A stretch of 40,568 nt of DNA from Deinococcales bacterium (lineage in GTDB: Bacteria > Deinococcota > Deinococci > Deinococcales > JAAFIG01): assembly GCA_031418155.1 (NCBI GenBank), contig JANOWZ010000512.1, forward strand, positions 1-40,568, given 5' to 3'. The notes beneath the pieces are model-generated. The model did no database searches and had not been told where the DNA came from. It saw nothing but the letters and a program-made list of their open reading frames with translations. Each line of letters starts with the position of its first letter. Position 1 is the first letter of the stretch. Position numbers and translations under genes: made by a program. Positions 8,891 through 16,819 of this stretch are shown here, piece after piece.

Positions 8891-9589
8891 TCAGGTTGGA
8901 AACTCGAGCGTTCCCTCGTATAAGGCCCGTCCGACGATGGCTCCCTCGATGCCAACACGCTCGAGCAAATCCAAGTCCTTCACGGTGGCAACACCGCCAC
9001 CTGCCAGCAAACGCCCCGGCCACGCGGCCCGAATCGCCTGCAATGGGGTCTCGTCCAGACCCTCGAGCGTGCCATCACGGGTGACATCGGTGTAAATCAG
9101 GGTTCGCACGCCCTGCGCCCAAACGGCTGCCGCCAAATCGGTCGCCTGCACCTGCGAGGTCTCAGCCCATCCTTTGACCGCAACCAAACCTTCCCTGGCA
9201 TCAATCGAAACGATCACGCTTGCTGCCCCAAACCGCTCGAGGATCGCATCAACCACCTCGGGTTGCGTGACCGCGACTGTACCGATCACCACCTGACGCA
9301 CGCCGCCCTTGAGCAGGGATTGTGCTGCCTCAAGCGAACGCACACCGCCACCGACCTCAACAGGCACCTTCAAGGTCCGGGCAATCGCGAGGATCACCTC
9401 ACGGTTGCTGCCCGCGCCGGTCGCGGCATCCAAATCGACCAGATGCACCAAGCCAGCACCCTTGCCCACCCAATGTTGAGCCGCCGCCAACGGTGAATCA
9501 AAATACACCGTCTCGAGCTTCGGATCGCCCTTGAACAAGCGCACGGCGCGACCACGCTGAATATCGACACAAGGAATCACTTCAACCAT
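8891..9589 (-). CDS. hisA: ProFAR isomerase HisA (1-(5-phosphoribosyl)-5-[(5-phosphoribosylamino)methylideneamino]imidazole-4-carboxamide isomerase)
   Basis: The N-terminus MVEVIPCVDIQRGRAVRLFKGD and the (beta/alpha)8 HisA/HisF pattern ending in GAIVGRALYEG. Confidence 0.85.
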   Translation of the reverse strand: MVEVIPCVDIQRGRAVRLFKGDPKLETVYFDSPLAAAQHWVGKGAGLVHLVDLDAATGAGSNREVILAIARTLKVPVEVGGGVRSLEAAQSLLKGGVRQVVIGTVAVTQPEVVDAILERFGAASVIVSIDAREGLVAVKGWAETSQVQATDLAAAVWAQGVRTLIYTDVTRDGTLEGLDETPLQAIRAAWPGRLLAGGGVATVKDLDLLERVGIEGAIVGRALYEGTLEFPT

Positions 9590-9595
9590 GTTCTA

Positions 9596-9601
9596 AATCT
9601 A
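9596..9601 (-). promoter_or_regulatory. Extended -10 (TGG-TAGATT), 6 nt upstream of the hisA ATG (leaderless-type promoter)
   Basis: Minus strand reads TTGTGAcgaccacgcttTTGGTAGATTtagaacATG. Confidence 0.45.
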
Positions 9602-9675
9602 CCAAAAGCGTGGTCGTCACAATCGTGCAGCGCGGGAATGACCGGCACATTCAAACTCAACACGCCGGGAACGAC

Positions 9676-9720
9676 CGGCGTGACCACGTTGAATATCGAC
9701 GCAGAGAATCACTCAACCAT
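9676..9720 (-). repeat. Degenerate duplicate of the hisA translation-start region (about 45 bp)
   Basis: Minus strand ATGGTTGA-GTGATTCTCTGCGTCGATATTCAACGTGGTCACGCCG compared with the real hisA 5' end (9589-9544) ATGGTTGAAGTGATTCCTTGTGTCGATATTCAGCGTGGTCGCGCCG. The 1-nt deletion creates ATG GTT GAG TGA. Confidence 0.7.
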
Positions 9721-9847
9721 GCCTGTGAACATAACACCTCACCGACTTGCGAGGAGATGCGAGCGATTTAGGGGTGATTCGACTGTGATTTCATGCGAGC
9801 TGCACGCACACCGATGCGCAGATTGTATTTCACGCCCCAGGATTGGT

Positions 9848-9853
9848 TAGAAT
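9848..9853 (+). promoter_or_regulatory. -10 box TAGAAT; candidate minDE promoter giving a ~150-nt leader
   Basis: Plus strand reads ggattggtTAGAATatcgc. No start codon follows within 10 nt. minD itself has a strong SD (AAGGAGG). Confidence 0.3.
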
Positions 9854-10011
9854 ATCGCACTCACCCAAACGGGTTAGCCTCAGGTTCAACAGATTATTCA
9901 CGCCCAAGCCACATTCGGGCGTAAACGATTCCGAAAACATTCACAGCACGCATCACCTCGAGCAACACCCCGGCGCAACGGGGCACGGGGTGAACAGCCA
10001 AGGAGGAGTTC

Positions 10012-10812
10012 GTGGAGGGCAAAGTCATCGTGGTCACATCCGGCAAGGGCGGCGTGGGCAAAACCACCACCACCGCCAATGTCGGAACGGGCCTTGCAAA
10101 ATTGGGCGAGAAAGTCACCGTCATTGATGTGGACGTTGGTCTGCGCAACTTGGATGTCGTCATGGGTCTCGAAAGCCGCGTGGTTTTCGACCTCGTGGAT
10201 GTTCTGGAAGGTAAATGTAAGCTGCGGCAGGCATTGATTCGCAGCAAACACGTCGAACATTTGTTCCTGCTGCCCGCCTCACAAACCAGGGACAAGGACG
10301 CACTGACCGAAGACGGCATGAAAGAGATCGTCAAACGCCTTCTGGAAGAAGAAGGCATGGACCGCGTGTTTATGGATTCCCCGGCGGGCATCGAATCGGG
10401 TTTCAAAACCGCCGCCGCGCCCGCCAGCGCCGGACTGGTCGTGGTCAACCCGGAAGTCTCGAGCATTCGTGATGCCGACCGGATCATCGGGATGCTCGAG
10501 GCACGAGACATCCGTGAGATTCGCCTGGTTGTGAACCGCTTGCGACCCAAAATGGTGCAGCAAAAGAACATGCTTTCGGTCGATGACATCGTTGGGATTC
10601 TTTCGGCCAAACCGATTGGCATCATCCCAGAGGATGAAAGCATCCTGATCTCGACCAACGTTGGCGATCCTGCGGTGCTTGGCGATAGCAGGGTTGGAAA
10701 TGCCTTTCGGGACCTGGCCCGCCGCATTCACGGTGAGGACGTACCATTCGCCAGCCTGGATGAAAAAACTGGCTTCATGGCCCGCCTTTCCAAACTTTTC
10801 GGGGGCTCGTGA
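10012..10812 (+). CDS. minD: Septum site-determining ATPase MinD
   Basis: Deviant Walker A VTSGKGGVGKTTTTAN, full-length MinD pattern, C-terminal amphipathic helix (ARLSKLFGG); GTG start 7 nt after AAGGAGG. Confidence 0.95.
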   Translation: MEGKVIVVTSGKGGVGKTTTTANVGTGLAKLGEKVTVIDVDVGLRNLDVVMGLESRVVFDLVDVLEGKCKLRQALIRSKHVEHLFLLPASQTRDKDALTEDGMKEIVKRLLEEEGMDRVFMDSPAGIESGFKTAAAPASAGLVVVNPEVSSIRDADRIIGMLEARDIREIRLVVNRLRPKMVQQKNMLSVDDIVGILSAKPIGIIPEDESILISTNVGDPAVLGDSRVGNAFRDLARRIHGEDVPFASLDEKTGFMARLSKLFGGS

Positions 10813-11063
10813 TGGGCTGGCTTGAGCGGCTGTTCGGCACGAAAACCACCAAAGACACGCTCAAAGAACGCCTGCAACTGGTGCTGGCGTATGACCGGGC
10901 CGGAGTGTCACCCGGCAAGGTTGAAGCGATGCAAGAAGAATTGCTTGCCGTGATTCGCAAATATTTCCCGAACGATGGGACCAGCAACATCCCGGAACCG
11001 AAACTCGAAGTTGAACAGCGCGGCGATACGGTCGTGCTGACCGCAAACATTCCGCTGCATTAA
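10809..11063 (+). CDS. minE: Cell division topological specificity factor MinE
   Basis: N-terminus GWLERLFG...KDTLKERLQLVLAYDR is typical of MinE. It has a 4-nt overlap (GTGATGG) with the minD stop. Confidence 0.9.
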   Translation: MMGWLERLFGTKTTKDTLKERLQLVLAYDRAGVSPGKVEAMQEELLAVIRKYFPNDGTSNIPEPKLEVEQRGDTVVLTANIPLH

Positions 11064-11081
11064 ACGATTTCAAAGCCAGCG

Positions 11082-11114
11082 CGAGACCATTGATTGCCAC
11101 TGTTGATGGTCTCG
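11082..11114. terminator. 9-bp stem hairpin between convergent minE and the S1-domain gene
   Basis: CGAGACCAT (11082-11090) / ATGGTCTCG (11106-11114) with a 15-nt loop. There is no clear U-tract. Confidence 0.35.
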
Positions 11115-11220
11115 TTACCGTATTCGGACAAGATGGCTCGAGTACGGATTGAATAAACCTCGAGGCCGAACAAATAAGTGACCCCGAATCTCGAGGCCAC
11201 CTTGGTTGAACTGATTTGGC

Positions 11221-11595
11221 TTACTTTTTCTTTTTCTTATCTGGGGCTATGCCGCCACCGCTTCGTTCCTTAGCGTCGCGCATGAACGAACGCAATTTCG
11301 CCTCGAAGGCCGGAGCCTGCTTGCCGATGCGCTTCGGACGGGGAATCTCCTCGGGTTCGTCCTGAAGTTCCTTGATCGAAAGGTCAAGCCGTCCGCGATC
11401 ATCGCGGCCCAGCACCTTGACGGTCAATTCCTGACCCTCGTGCACGAAATCCGAGACGCTGCGCACGAACTCATGCGCGATCTGCGAGATGTGCACCAAG
11501 CCGGTTTCGCCGGTCTCTTTGATCTCAACGAACGCGCCGAAATCGGTCACTCGCGTGACTTTCCCCTCCACCACCGCACCAGAATCAACAGTCAC
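11221..11595 (-). CDS. S1 RNA-binding domain protein (YabR / general stress protein 13-like)
   Basis: S1 fold signature VVEGKVTRVTDFGAFVEI...GLVHISQIAHEFV...G.ELTVKVL; Lys-rich tail. GTG 11595, 9 nt after AGGAGG, is preferred over the ORF-track ATG 11658. Confidence 0.75.
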   Translation of the reverse strand: MTVDSGAVVEGKVTRVTDFGAFVEIKETGETGLVHISQIAHEFVRSVSDFVHEGQELTVKVLGRDDRGRLDLSIKELQDEPEEIPRPKRIGKQAPAFEAKLRSFMRDAKERSGGGIAPDKKKKK

Positions 11596-11749
11596 TCCGT
11601 TCCATCCTCCTTGAGCACTTGGCTCGGTTCTATTGTACTTCAGATTGCAAGCCAACATACTATGCTGCTTGCCACGTACTTTACCCGGTTTTCAAGAAAA
11701 TGCTCGGATTCTCTTCATCTGCGGGCGGTAGACTATACACCGAGAACGC

Positions 11750-12223
11750 ATGAATCACCGTCCATTTGCCCGCGCCGTTGCCCACACGCTGATCTTCAGT
11801 GGCTTGATGTTCGGGCTGTTCGGCTGCGCCCCTGCCAACACGCCAACGGGCAAGCAATCCAGCGCGAGCATCAACTTTCAGAGTTTCATCAACGCTCGAG
11901 GGTACAAGACGGTCATCGTCAATGCCGTCGGTCCCTTCAGCGAGGATGGTCGGATCAAAGCCGGCAGCGGTCAGGAATGGATTATCAAACTCGCCAAGCC
12001 GGGGAAACGCCTGACTTTAGGCGTGATCTCGAGCCGAGGCTCGGTCGATTTCCTATTGCACGGCGCACGACTGAGCTCGAATTCGCCCGCCCATGCGGAC
12101 ACGAGCACCAGCGAACTCAAGAAGCTCGAGTTTCGCAATCCCGCCGAGGGAACGTATTACGTTTACACCCTGAACCGTACACGCAACAGCCAAGAGTACA
12201 CGCTGGTGATCTCGCTCGAGTAA
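11750..12223 (+). CDS. Hypothetical lipoprotein
   Basis: Signal peptide with lipobox LFGCA. The C-terminal beta-rich segment (GTYYVYTLNRTRNSQEYTLVISLE) is reminiscent of pre-peptidase C-terminal-like domains. A TAGACT box lies at 11729-11734. Confidence 0.55.
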   Translation: MNHRPFARAVAHTLIFSGLMFGLFGCAPANTPTGKQSSASINFQSFINARGYKTVIVNAVGPFSEDGRIKAGSGQEWIIKLAKPGKRLTLGVISSRGSVDFLLHGARLSSNSPAHADTSTSELKKLEFRNPAEGTYYVYTLNRTRNSQEYTLVISLE

Positions 12224-12238
12224 CCTGTGCTCGAATGA

Positions 12239-13591
12239 TTACATTCGAGGTCGCACAAATTGACCTCGAGAACCTTCAACAATCTGCCCGTCCAAGAAGA
12301 TTGTTTGACCTCGAGACACGGTTCGTTGAATCACGCCCGTAAATGTCTGTCCGAGGTACGGGCTTTGCGTGTGTCGGTACAGCAACGCCTCAGGCTCGAG
12401 CGTGAAGGATTTCGTCAGGTCCACCAGGCAGAAATCCGCATCGAAACCAAGCTCGAGCTTGCCTTTGTGTGAAAACTTGAAACGTTCTGCCGGTCTTGAT
12501 GCCAGCATCTTTGTGACCAAATCGAGCGGTAATCCTCGAGCCTGAACGCCCTCAGACAGCAGCACCGATAACGTGGATTGCACACCAGAAATCCCGCCCC
12601 AAATCGCAAAAAAATTGCTCGAGGTTTTCACCTCGGGCGGTGCGGGCGAATGGTCCGACCCGATGATGTCGATTTCTCCGGCGATGGCGTGCGACCACAA
12701 GTGATCGCGCTCGAGCCGATCACGAACTGGTGGTGCGCATTTCAAGACCGCGCCCAAACGCTCGAGGTCATCATCGGTGAACGCCAGGTAATGCGGACAA
12801 GTCTCGAGGGTGACATTCACACCACGTGCCCTCGCCTGTGCAGCCAGTGCCACGCCACGCCCGCTTGAGATGTGCACGATGTGCAGTGTGCAACCCGTCT
12901 CTTCGGCCAGCAGGATCGCCCGTGAGATTGCCTCGAGTTCCGCAATCACGGGGCGTGAGGTCAGGTAATCCCGGATGCCCGTTTTGCCCGCCGCCCGCAA
13001 TCGGCTCGAGAGTGCACCCGTGATCGAATCGGACTCGGCATGAACTGCGACCGGCAGTCCAAGCTGTGCCGCAACCCGCATCCCCTCGAGCAGCGTCAAG
13101 TCATCCGTCGCGTCAAACTCCGCCAGTCCAGAATTGCTCATGAATGCCTTGAAGCCCATCACGCCACGCGCCGCCAATTCTGGCAGTTGATCCAAATTCC
13201 CTGGCACGAGGCCGCCCCAAAGTGCGAAATCGGTCAGGCTCGAGGCCCGCATCGCCGCAAGTTTCAAATCGAAACTCGGACCATCCACCGTCACCGGGCT
13301 CGAATTCAGTGGCATGTCCACAAAGGTTGTGCCACCACCCGCCGCGAACGCCCTCGAGCCAGTCGCAATGCCCTCCCAATCGGTACGGCCCGGTTCGTTG
13401 AAATGCACGTGTGCATCGACCACTCCAGGTAGGACGTGCAACCCTCGAGCATCAATCTCGACTCGTGAAGTACCCAAGATTTCTGGCTCGAGCGCAACGA
13501 TCTTGCCATCACTGAGACCCAGGTCTGTAGCTTCGAGACCGTTGGTGGTCACGATGGTTCCGCCCCGCACGATCAAGTCAAAAGTCGGCAT
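12239..13591 (-). CDS. allB: Allantoinase (cyclic amidohydrolase)
   Basis: VVDAHVHFNEPGRTDWEGIATGSRAFAAGGGTTFVDMPLNS, carboxylated-Lys region GFKAFM, and SDHSPAPPE. It is colinear with my recollection of E. coli AllB. Confidence 0.8.
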   Translation of the reverse strand: MPTFDLIVRGGTIVTTNGLEATDLGLSDGKIVALEPEILGTSRVEIDARGLHVLPGVVDAHVHFNEPGRTDWEGIATGSRAFAAGGGTTFVDMPLNSSPVTVDGPSFDLKLAAMRASSLTDFALWGGLVPGNLDQLPELAARGVMGFKAFMSNSGLAEFDATDDLTLLEGMRVAAQLGLPVAVHAESDSITGALSSRLRAAGKTGIRDYLTSRPVIAELEAISRAILLAEETGCTLHIVHISSGRGVALAAQARARGVNVTLETCPHYLAFTDDDLERLGAVLKCAPPVRDRLERDHLWSHAIAGEIDIIGSDHSPAPPEVKTSSNFFAIWGGISGVQSTLSVLLSEGVQARGLPLDLVTKMLASRPAERFKFSHKGKLELGFDADFCLVDLTKSFTLEPEALLYRHTQSPYLGQTFTGVIQRTVSRGQTIFLDGQIVEGSRGQFVRPRM

Positions 13592-13596
13592 GGCAG

Positions 13597-13623
13597 ATTC
13601 TACGCAATCTATCCGAGAGTCAA
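13597..13623 (-). promoter_or_regulatory. Allantoinase promoter: TTGACT (-35-like) and TAGAAT (-10), with the -10 box 5 nt from the ATG (leaderless)
   Basis: Minus strand reads gtttTGACTctcggatagattgcgTAGAATctgccATG. The spacer is 15 nt for TTGACT and 17 nt for TTTTGA. Confidence 0.5.
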
Positions 13624-13694
13624 AACTTGGTCAGACCAAGATTTTGACATGAAAATCGTCCCGCACACAGTAGGCAAGGGACTTCTCGTCCAGG

Positions 13695-13769
13695 CTCGAG
13701 GACTGGCGATGCTCAAGCTCGAGGACTGGCGATGCTCAAGCTCGAGGACTGGCGATGCTCAAGCTCGAG
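13695..13769. repeat. 23-bp tandem repeat x3.26 (CTCGAGGACTGGCGATGCTCAAG)
   Basis: Identical units at 13695, 13718 and 13741, plus a terminal CTCGAG at 13764. It overlaps the last codons and stop (13759-13761) of the O-antigen-ligase-like gene. Confidence 0.95.
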
Positions 13770-15384
13770 TGATTTTTTCGTCTGGTGTTTCCATTACCGG
13801 CATCAGGGGCATGTTCACGCCATCCCAATTCCAGGAGGGCTCGTCATCGGCGCGACGCACCAAGGCTCCGAAGGCGAGACTGGACCAGAGCAACGCCAAC
13901 GCACCGTAATAGAACATTGATTGCGACATGTAGCTGGTGAACAACCCGGCCAACAAGGTCATGGCGAGCGCAAAATACTCTTTTTGATTCGGGCGGTTGC
14001 GTTGGCGGAACAATGCCGCCGCCGGATAAATCACCAAAAGAATCAAAACAATTGCGGTTGGGATACCGCACTCGGCGGCCAACTGCACGAAACTGTTGTG
14101 CGCCACATTGCCGTTGACGGTGGTGGCATCCACGTTCTGAAAGACCGTCACGAACTGATCGGCATCGATGTCTTCGGGCAAAAACCGAAACAGATTGATT
14201 GGAAATTGGTTGAAACCCACACCGGTGATCGGTGCATACCCAATCATCTTGTAGGCGCTGCGGGCGAAACTGTCACGGTTTCCGGCAGAATTCTGTGAGT
14301 TGTCACCGTTGGTGCGTTCAAAAATCGCATCAATGAACGGATTGTTGTCCAAAACCGTACTGGAACTCGAGAGGACATAACCGGTGGTGACGGCAATCAC
14401 GGCGAAAACCGGCAGCATGAATGGAATCCACGGGATCATGCGACCAACCTGACGGCGTGTGGGCAAGTGCAGCAAGAAATCAATCAGCAAGACGGCTAGA
14501 ATGCTCGACCACGAACTGCGAAAAAAGGTCAGGAAGGCCCCAACCACGCAGGCGATCAAGGCCATGTTGTTCACAAAGCCGCTTCTGGGGGCTTTGAGTT
14601 GACGTTTGTGAAACAAAATCAGTGCAGCCAGAACGCTGAACATGTAGCCCAACACCTCTGCGGCCAAAAACGGTCCCGGAGGGCGACGGTCAAAACCGTT
14701 TGACCGGAAGTAAAAGCCATAAATGCTCGAGTTGGTCATGTACTCAAATACCGTCAGGGCGCACAATAAGAACGCCATTGGTCGGGCAATTTCAGACATT
14801 TTCTCGAGCAGGGTTTTGGGTGAACCCAGAAAGCTTGCCAGGAATCCGGCGGCCAGCACCAGGAACGGTCCAGTCTGCCAGGTTCCCAAAGCATCGCTGG
14901 TGGTGTCGTTGTAAATCAGGGCCGAAGCACCCGTGACCAGGATCAAGACCACGCTCAGGCCACGGAAAACCCAGGTGCGCAGGCTGGGTCGCTCGAGATC
15001 GTCACGGGAACGGTTTAATAACAGCACGCCAATCAGCAACAGAATGTCGAAAGTGCGGATAGAGTTGATCGAAGGCAGGCCACCCAATTGGCTTTTCGAT
15101 GGTGGAAACAGCAGGATCACCGGGATCATCAGCCAAGCGGCGAGCGATTCAATCGCCATGCGGCGCACCAGCACCGTGCCAACCAGTCCAACCACGACCA
15201 AAGCCGCTATCGCCAAGCCCATCCCGAGCGCCCCTCGAGCCATCAAGAGTGCGGCAAACACCGGCACAACAAACACGAGCGCCAAAAACGGTGCATCCAG
15301 ATCTGGCGGCAGGTAGTTGCGCAGCCGCTCGAGCCAGCCTGGACCACCTGTATCAGGGCCGTAAGCTTTGTGTGATGGTTGCAT
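13759..15384 (-). CDS. O-antigen ligase/polymerase family (Wzy_C-type) membrane protein
   Basis: At least 10 predicted TM segments and the family-typical loop ...AHNSFVQLAAECGIP...; SD GAAGGAGGG upstream. Confidence 0.65.
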   Translation of the reverse strand: MQPSHKAYGPDTGGPGWLERLRNYLPPDLDAPFLALVFVVPVFAALLMARGALGMGLAIAALVVVGLVGTVLVRRMAIESLAAWLMIPVILLFPPSKSQLGGLPSINSIRTFDILLLIGVLLLNRSRDDLERPSLRTWVFRGLSVVLILVTGASALIYNDTTSDALGTWQTGPFLVLAAGFLASFLGSPKTLLEKMSEIARPMAFLLCALTVFEYMTNSSIYGFYFRSNGFDRRPPGPFLAAEVLGYMFSVLAALILFHKRQLKAPRSGFVNNMALIACVVGAFLTFFRSSWSSILAVLLIDFLLHLPTRRQVGRMIPWIPFMLPVFAVIAVTTGYVLSSSSTVLDNNPFIDAIFERTNGDNSQNSAGNRDSFARSAYKMIGYAPITGVGFNQFPINLFRFLPEDIDADQFVTVFQNVDATTVNGNVAHNSFVQLAAECGIPTAIVLILLVIYPAAALFRQRNRPNQKEYFALAMTLLAGLFTSYMSQSMFYYGALALLWSSLAFGALVRRADDEPSWNWDGVNMPLMPVMETPDEKITRA

Positions 15385-15401
15385 TGGACCCTCCTTCGAT
15401 G

Positions 15402-15407
15402 ATTCTA
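15402..15407 (-). promoter_or_regulatory. -10 box TAGAAT, 17 nt upstream of ATG 15384
   Basis: Minus strand reads cacTAGAATcatcGAAGGAGGGtccaATG. Confidence 0.4.
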
Positions 15408-15561
15408 GTGCCGTGCGGTCTAAGTTCTCTACCTATTTCCGCTTCGTTCCAATCGGTTCCAAACTCATCCGACACGTCACTTTTGGTCACTCGCCCTGCT
15501 CGAGAAATGCTCAGGCATTTATGCCACTTTCCACTAGGCCGATGGGCGAGGTTTGCGCCGA

Positions 15562-16815
15562 TCATGCTTTTTGCTTTTGACCCACGAAGGCTTTGGCATA
15601 CGCCTCGAGCAAGCGCGGCACGCTGTGCTCCCAGGAGAGCGCGGTTTTCATGCGTTCCAGCCCGATCTTGCCCATCTTCGCACGGCGTTCCGGGTCGCCC
15701 AACAACTCGAGGATTTTCGAGGCCAGGTCGCGTTCATCGTTCGGTTTGGCGTAAATGCTCGCCTCGCCCGCTGAGAAGCGTCCCTCGATCAGGTCGTACT
15801 GCACGACCGGTTTCTCGAGCGCCATGTATTCCATGATTTTGTTCATGGTGGAGATGTTGTTTAAGGGATTCATTGGGTCCGGGTTGACGCAAATATCACA
15901 GGCCGTCAACCTCTCGAGCAGGTCCTCGTCCGGGATGCGTCCGGTGAATTCAACATACCGCTCGAGGTTGAGTTCCTTGCTGTACGCCCGCAAGTCTTCC
16001 AAGCTCGAGCCGCCACCGACCAGCATGAATTTGATGTCCGTGCGGCCCGAATCGACGATTTGCTTGACGGCACGCAGCAAGTGATCGATCCCCTCCTGTG
16101 GTCCCATCACGCCCAAATAACCGACCATGTACTTGAAGCCCGACTTGTGATGCTCGCCGCCGGGACGCGGGTTGAACTTGTCCAGCTTTGGGGCGCTGCG
16201 CACGACGAACACTTGATCGTCACGCTTGCCGCCACGCTCGAGCGCGATGCGTTTATACGATTCGTTGGTCGAGATCACCACGTCCGCGAGTTTAAAGGTC
16301 AGGCGTTCAACCAGTTTCAGGCCGTTGTAAACAAAATCGCGGCGACCAAACTTGGTTTCGTACAGTTCCGGGTTCACGTCGTGCTGATCGAACAAGAATT
16401 TCGTGCCGAACAAAAACTTGAACGGTGCGGCCACAAAGAAAATCAAATCCGGTGGATTGCAGGCGTGAATGATGTCAAAGCCGTGCCTGCGCCAAATCTT
16501 CCAGGCCAAGCGCGTCTCGTGATACAAGGCCGCGACGTACTCGAGCAAGAACCCAGCCGCATCGTTGCGTTCGGGCGGTAAACCGTGCCGGTAGATGTGA
16601 ATGCCCTCGAGTTCCTCGTATTCGGCGGTGTACCCCTTGCCGGTGATGCAGATCACGCTGACCGCGTACCCCGCGTCGCGCAGCGTGGTCGCCTCCATCC
16701 ACACGCGCCGATCAAACGGCACGGGCAGGTTCTCAACCACGATCAGGACTTTCTTGCCCTCACCGCGTGGACCGGTTCCACTATTGAGGCCGGAATTGAC
16801 CAAATCGATACGCAT
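15562..16815 (-). CDS. Glycosyltransferase family 4 (WcaI/WbuB-like)
   Basis: N-terminal KKVLIVVENLPVPFDRRVW..., C-terminal GT-B region with E-x7-E-like segment (PLNNISTMNKIMEYMALEKPVV). Start taken at MRIDLV (16815), 4 nt after the upstream stop. Confidence 0.8.
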   Translation of the reverse strand: MRIDLVNSGLNSGTGPRGEGKKVLIVVENLPVPFDRRVWMEATTLRDAGYAVSVICITGKGYTAEYEELEGIHIYRHGLPPERNDAAGFLLEYVAALYHETRLAWKIWRRHGFDIIHACNPPDLIFFVAAPFKFLFGTKFLFDQHDVNPELYETKFGRRDFVYNGLKLVERLTFKLADVVISTNESYKRIALERGGKRDDQVFVVRSAPKLDKFNPRPGGEHHKSGFKYMVGYLGVMGPQEGIDHLLRAVKQIVDSGRTDIKFMLVGGGSSLEDLRAYSKELNLERYVEFTGRIPDEDLLERLTACDICVNPDPMNPLNNISTMNKIMEYMALEKPVVQYDLIEGRFSAGEASIYAKPNDERDLASKILELLGDPERRAKMGKIGLERMKTALSWEHSVPRLLEAYAKAFVGQKQKA

Positions 16816-16819
16816 CGTC

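Noticed and set aside
9638-9850. 70-aa plus-strand ORF in the hisA-minD intergenic region as a small protein gene
   Set aside because: It has no SD or -10 box in the right place, and much of it is the reverse complement of the degenerate hisA 5' duplicate. It is most likely non-coding.
13695-13769. Possible CRISPR array (short perfect direct repeats)
   Set aside because: The units are directly abutting with no spacers, there are only 3 copies, and there are no cas genes. It is a simple tandem repeat.
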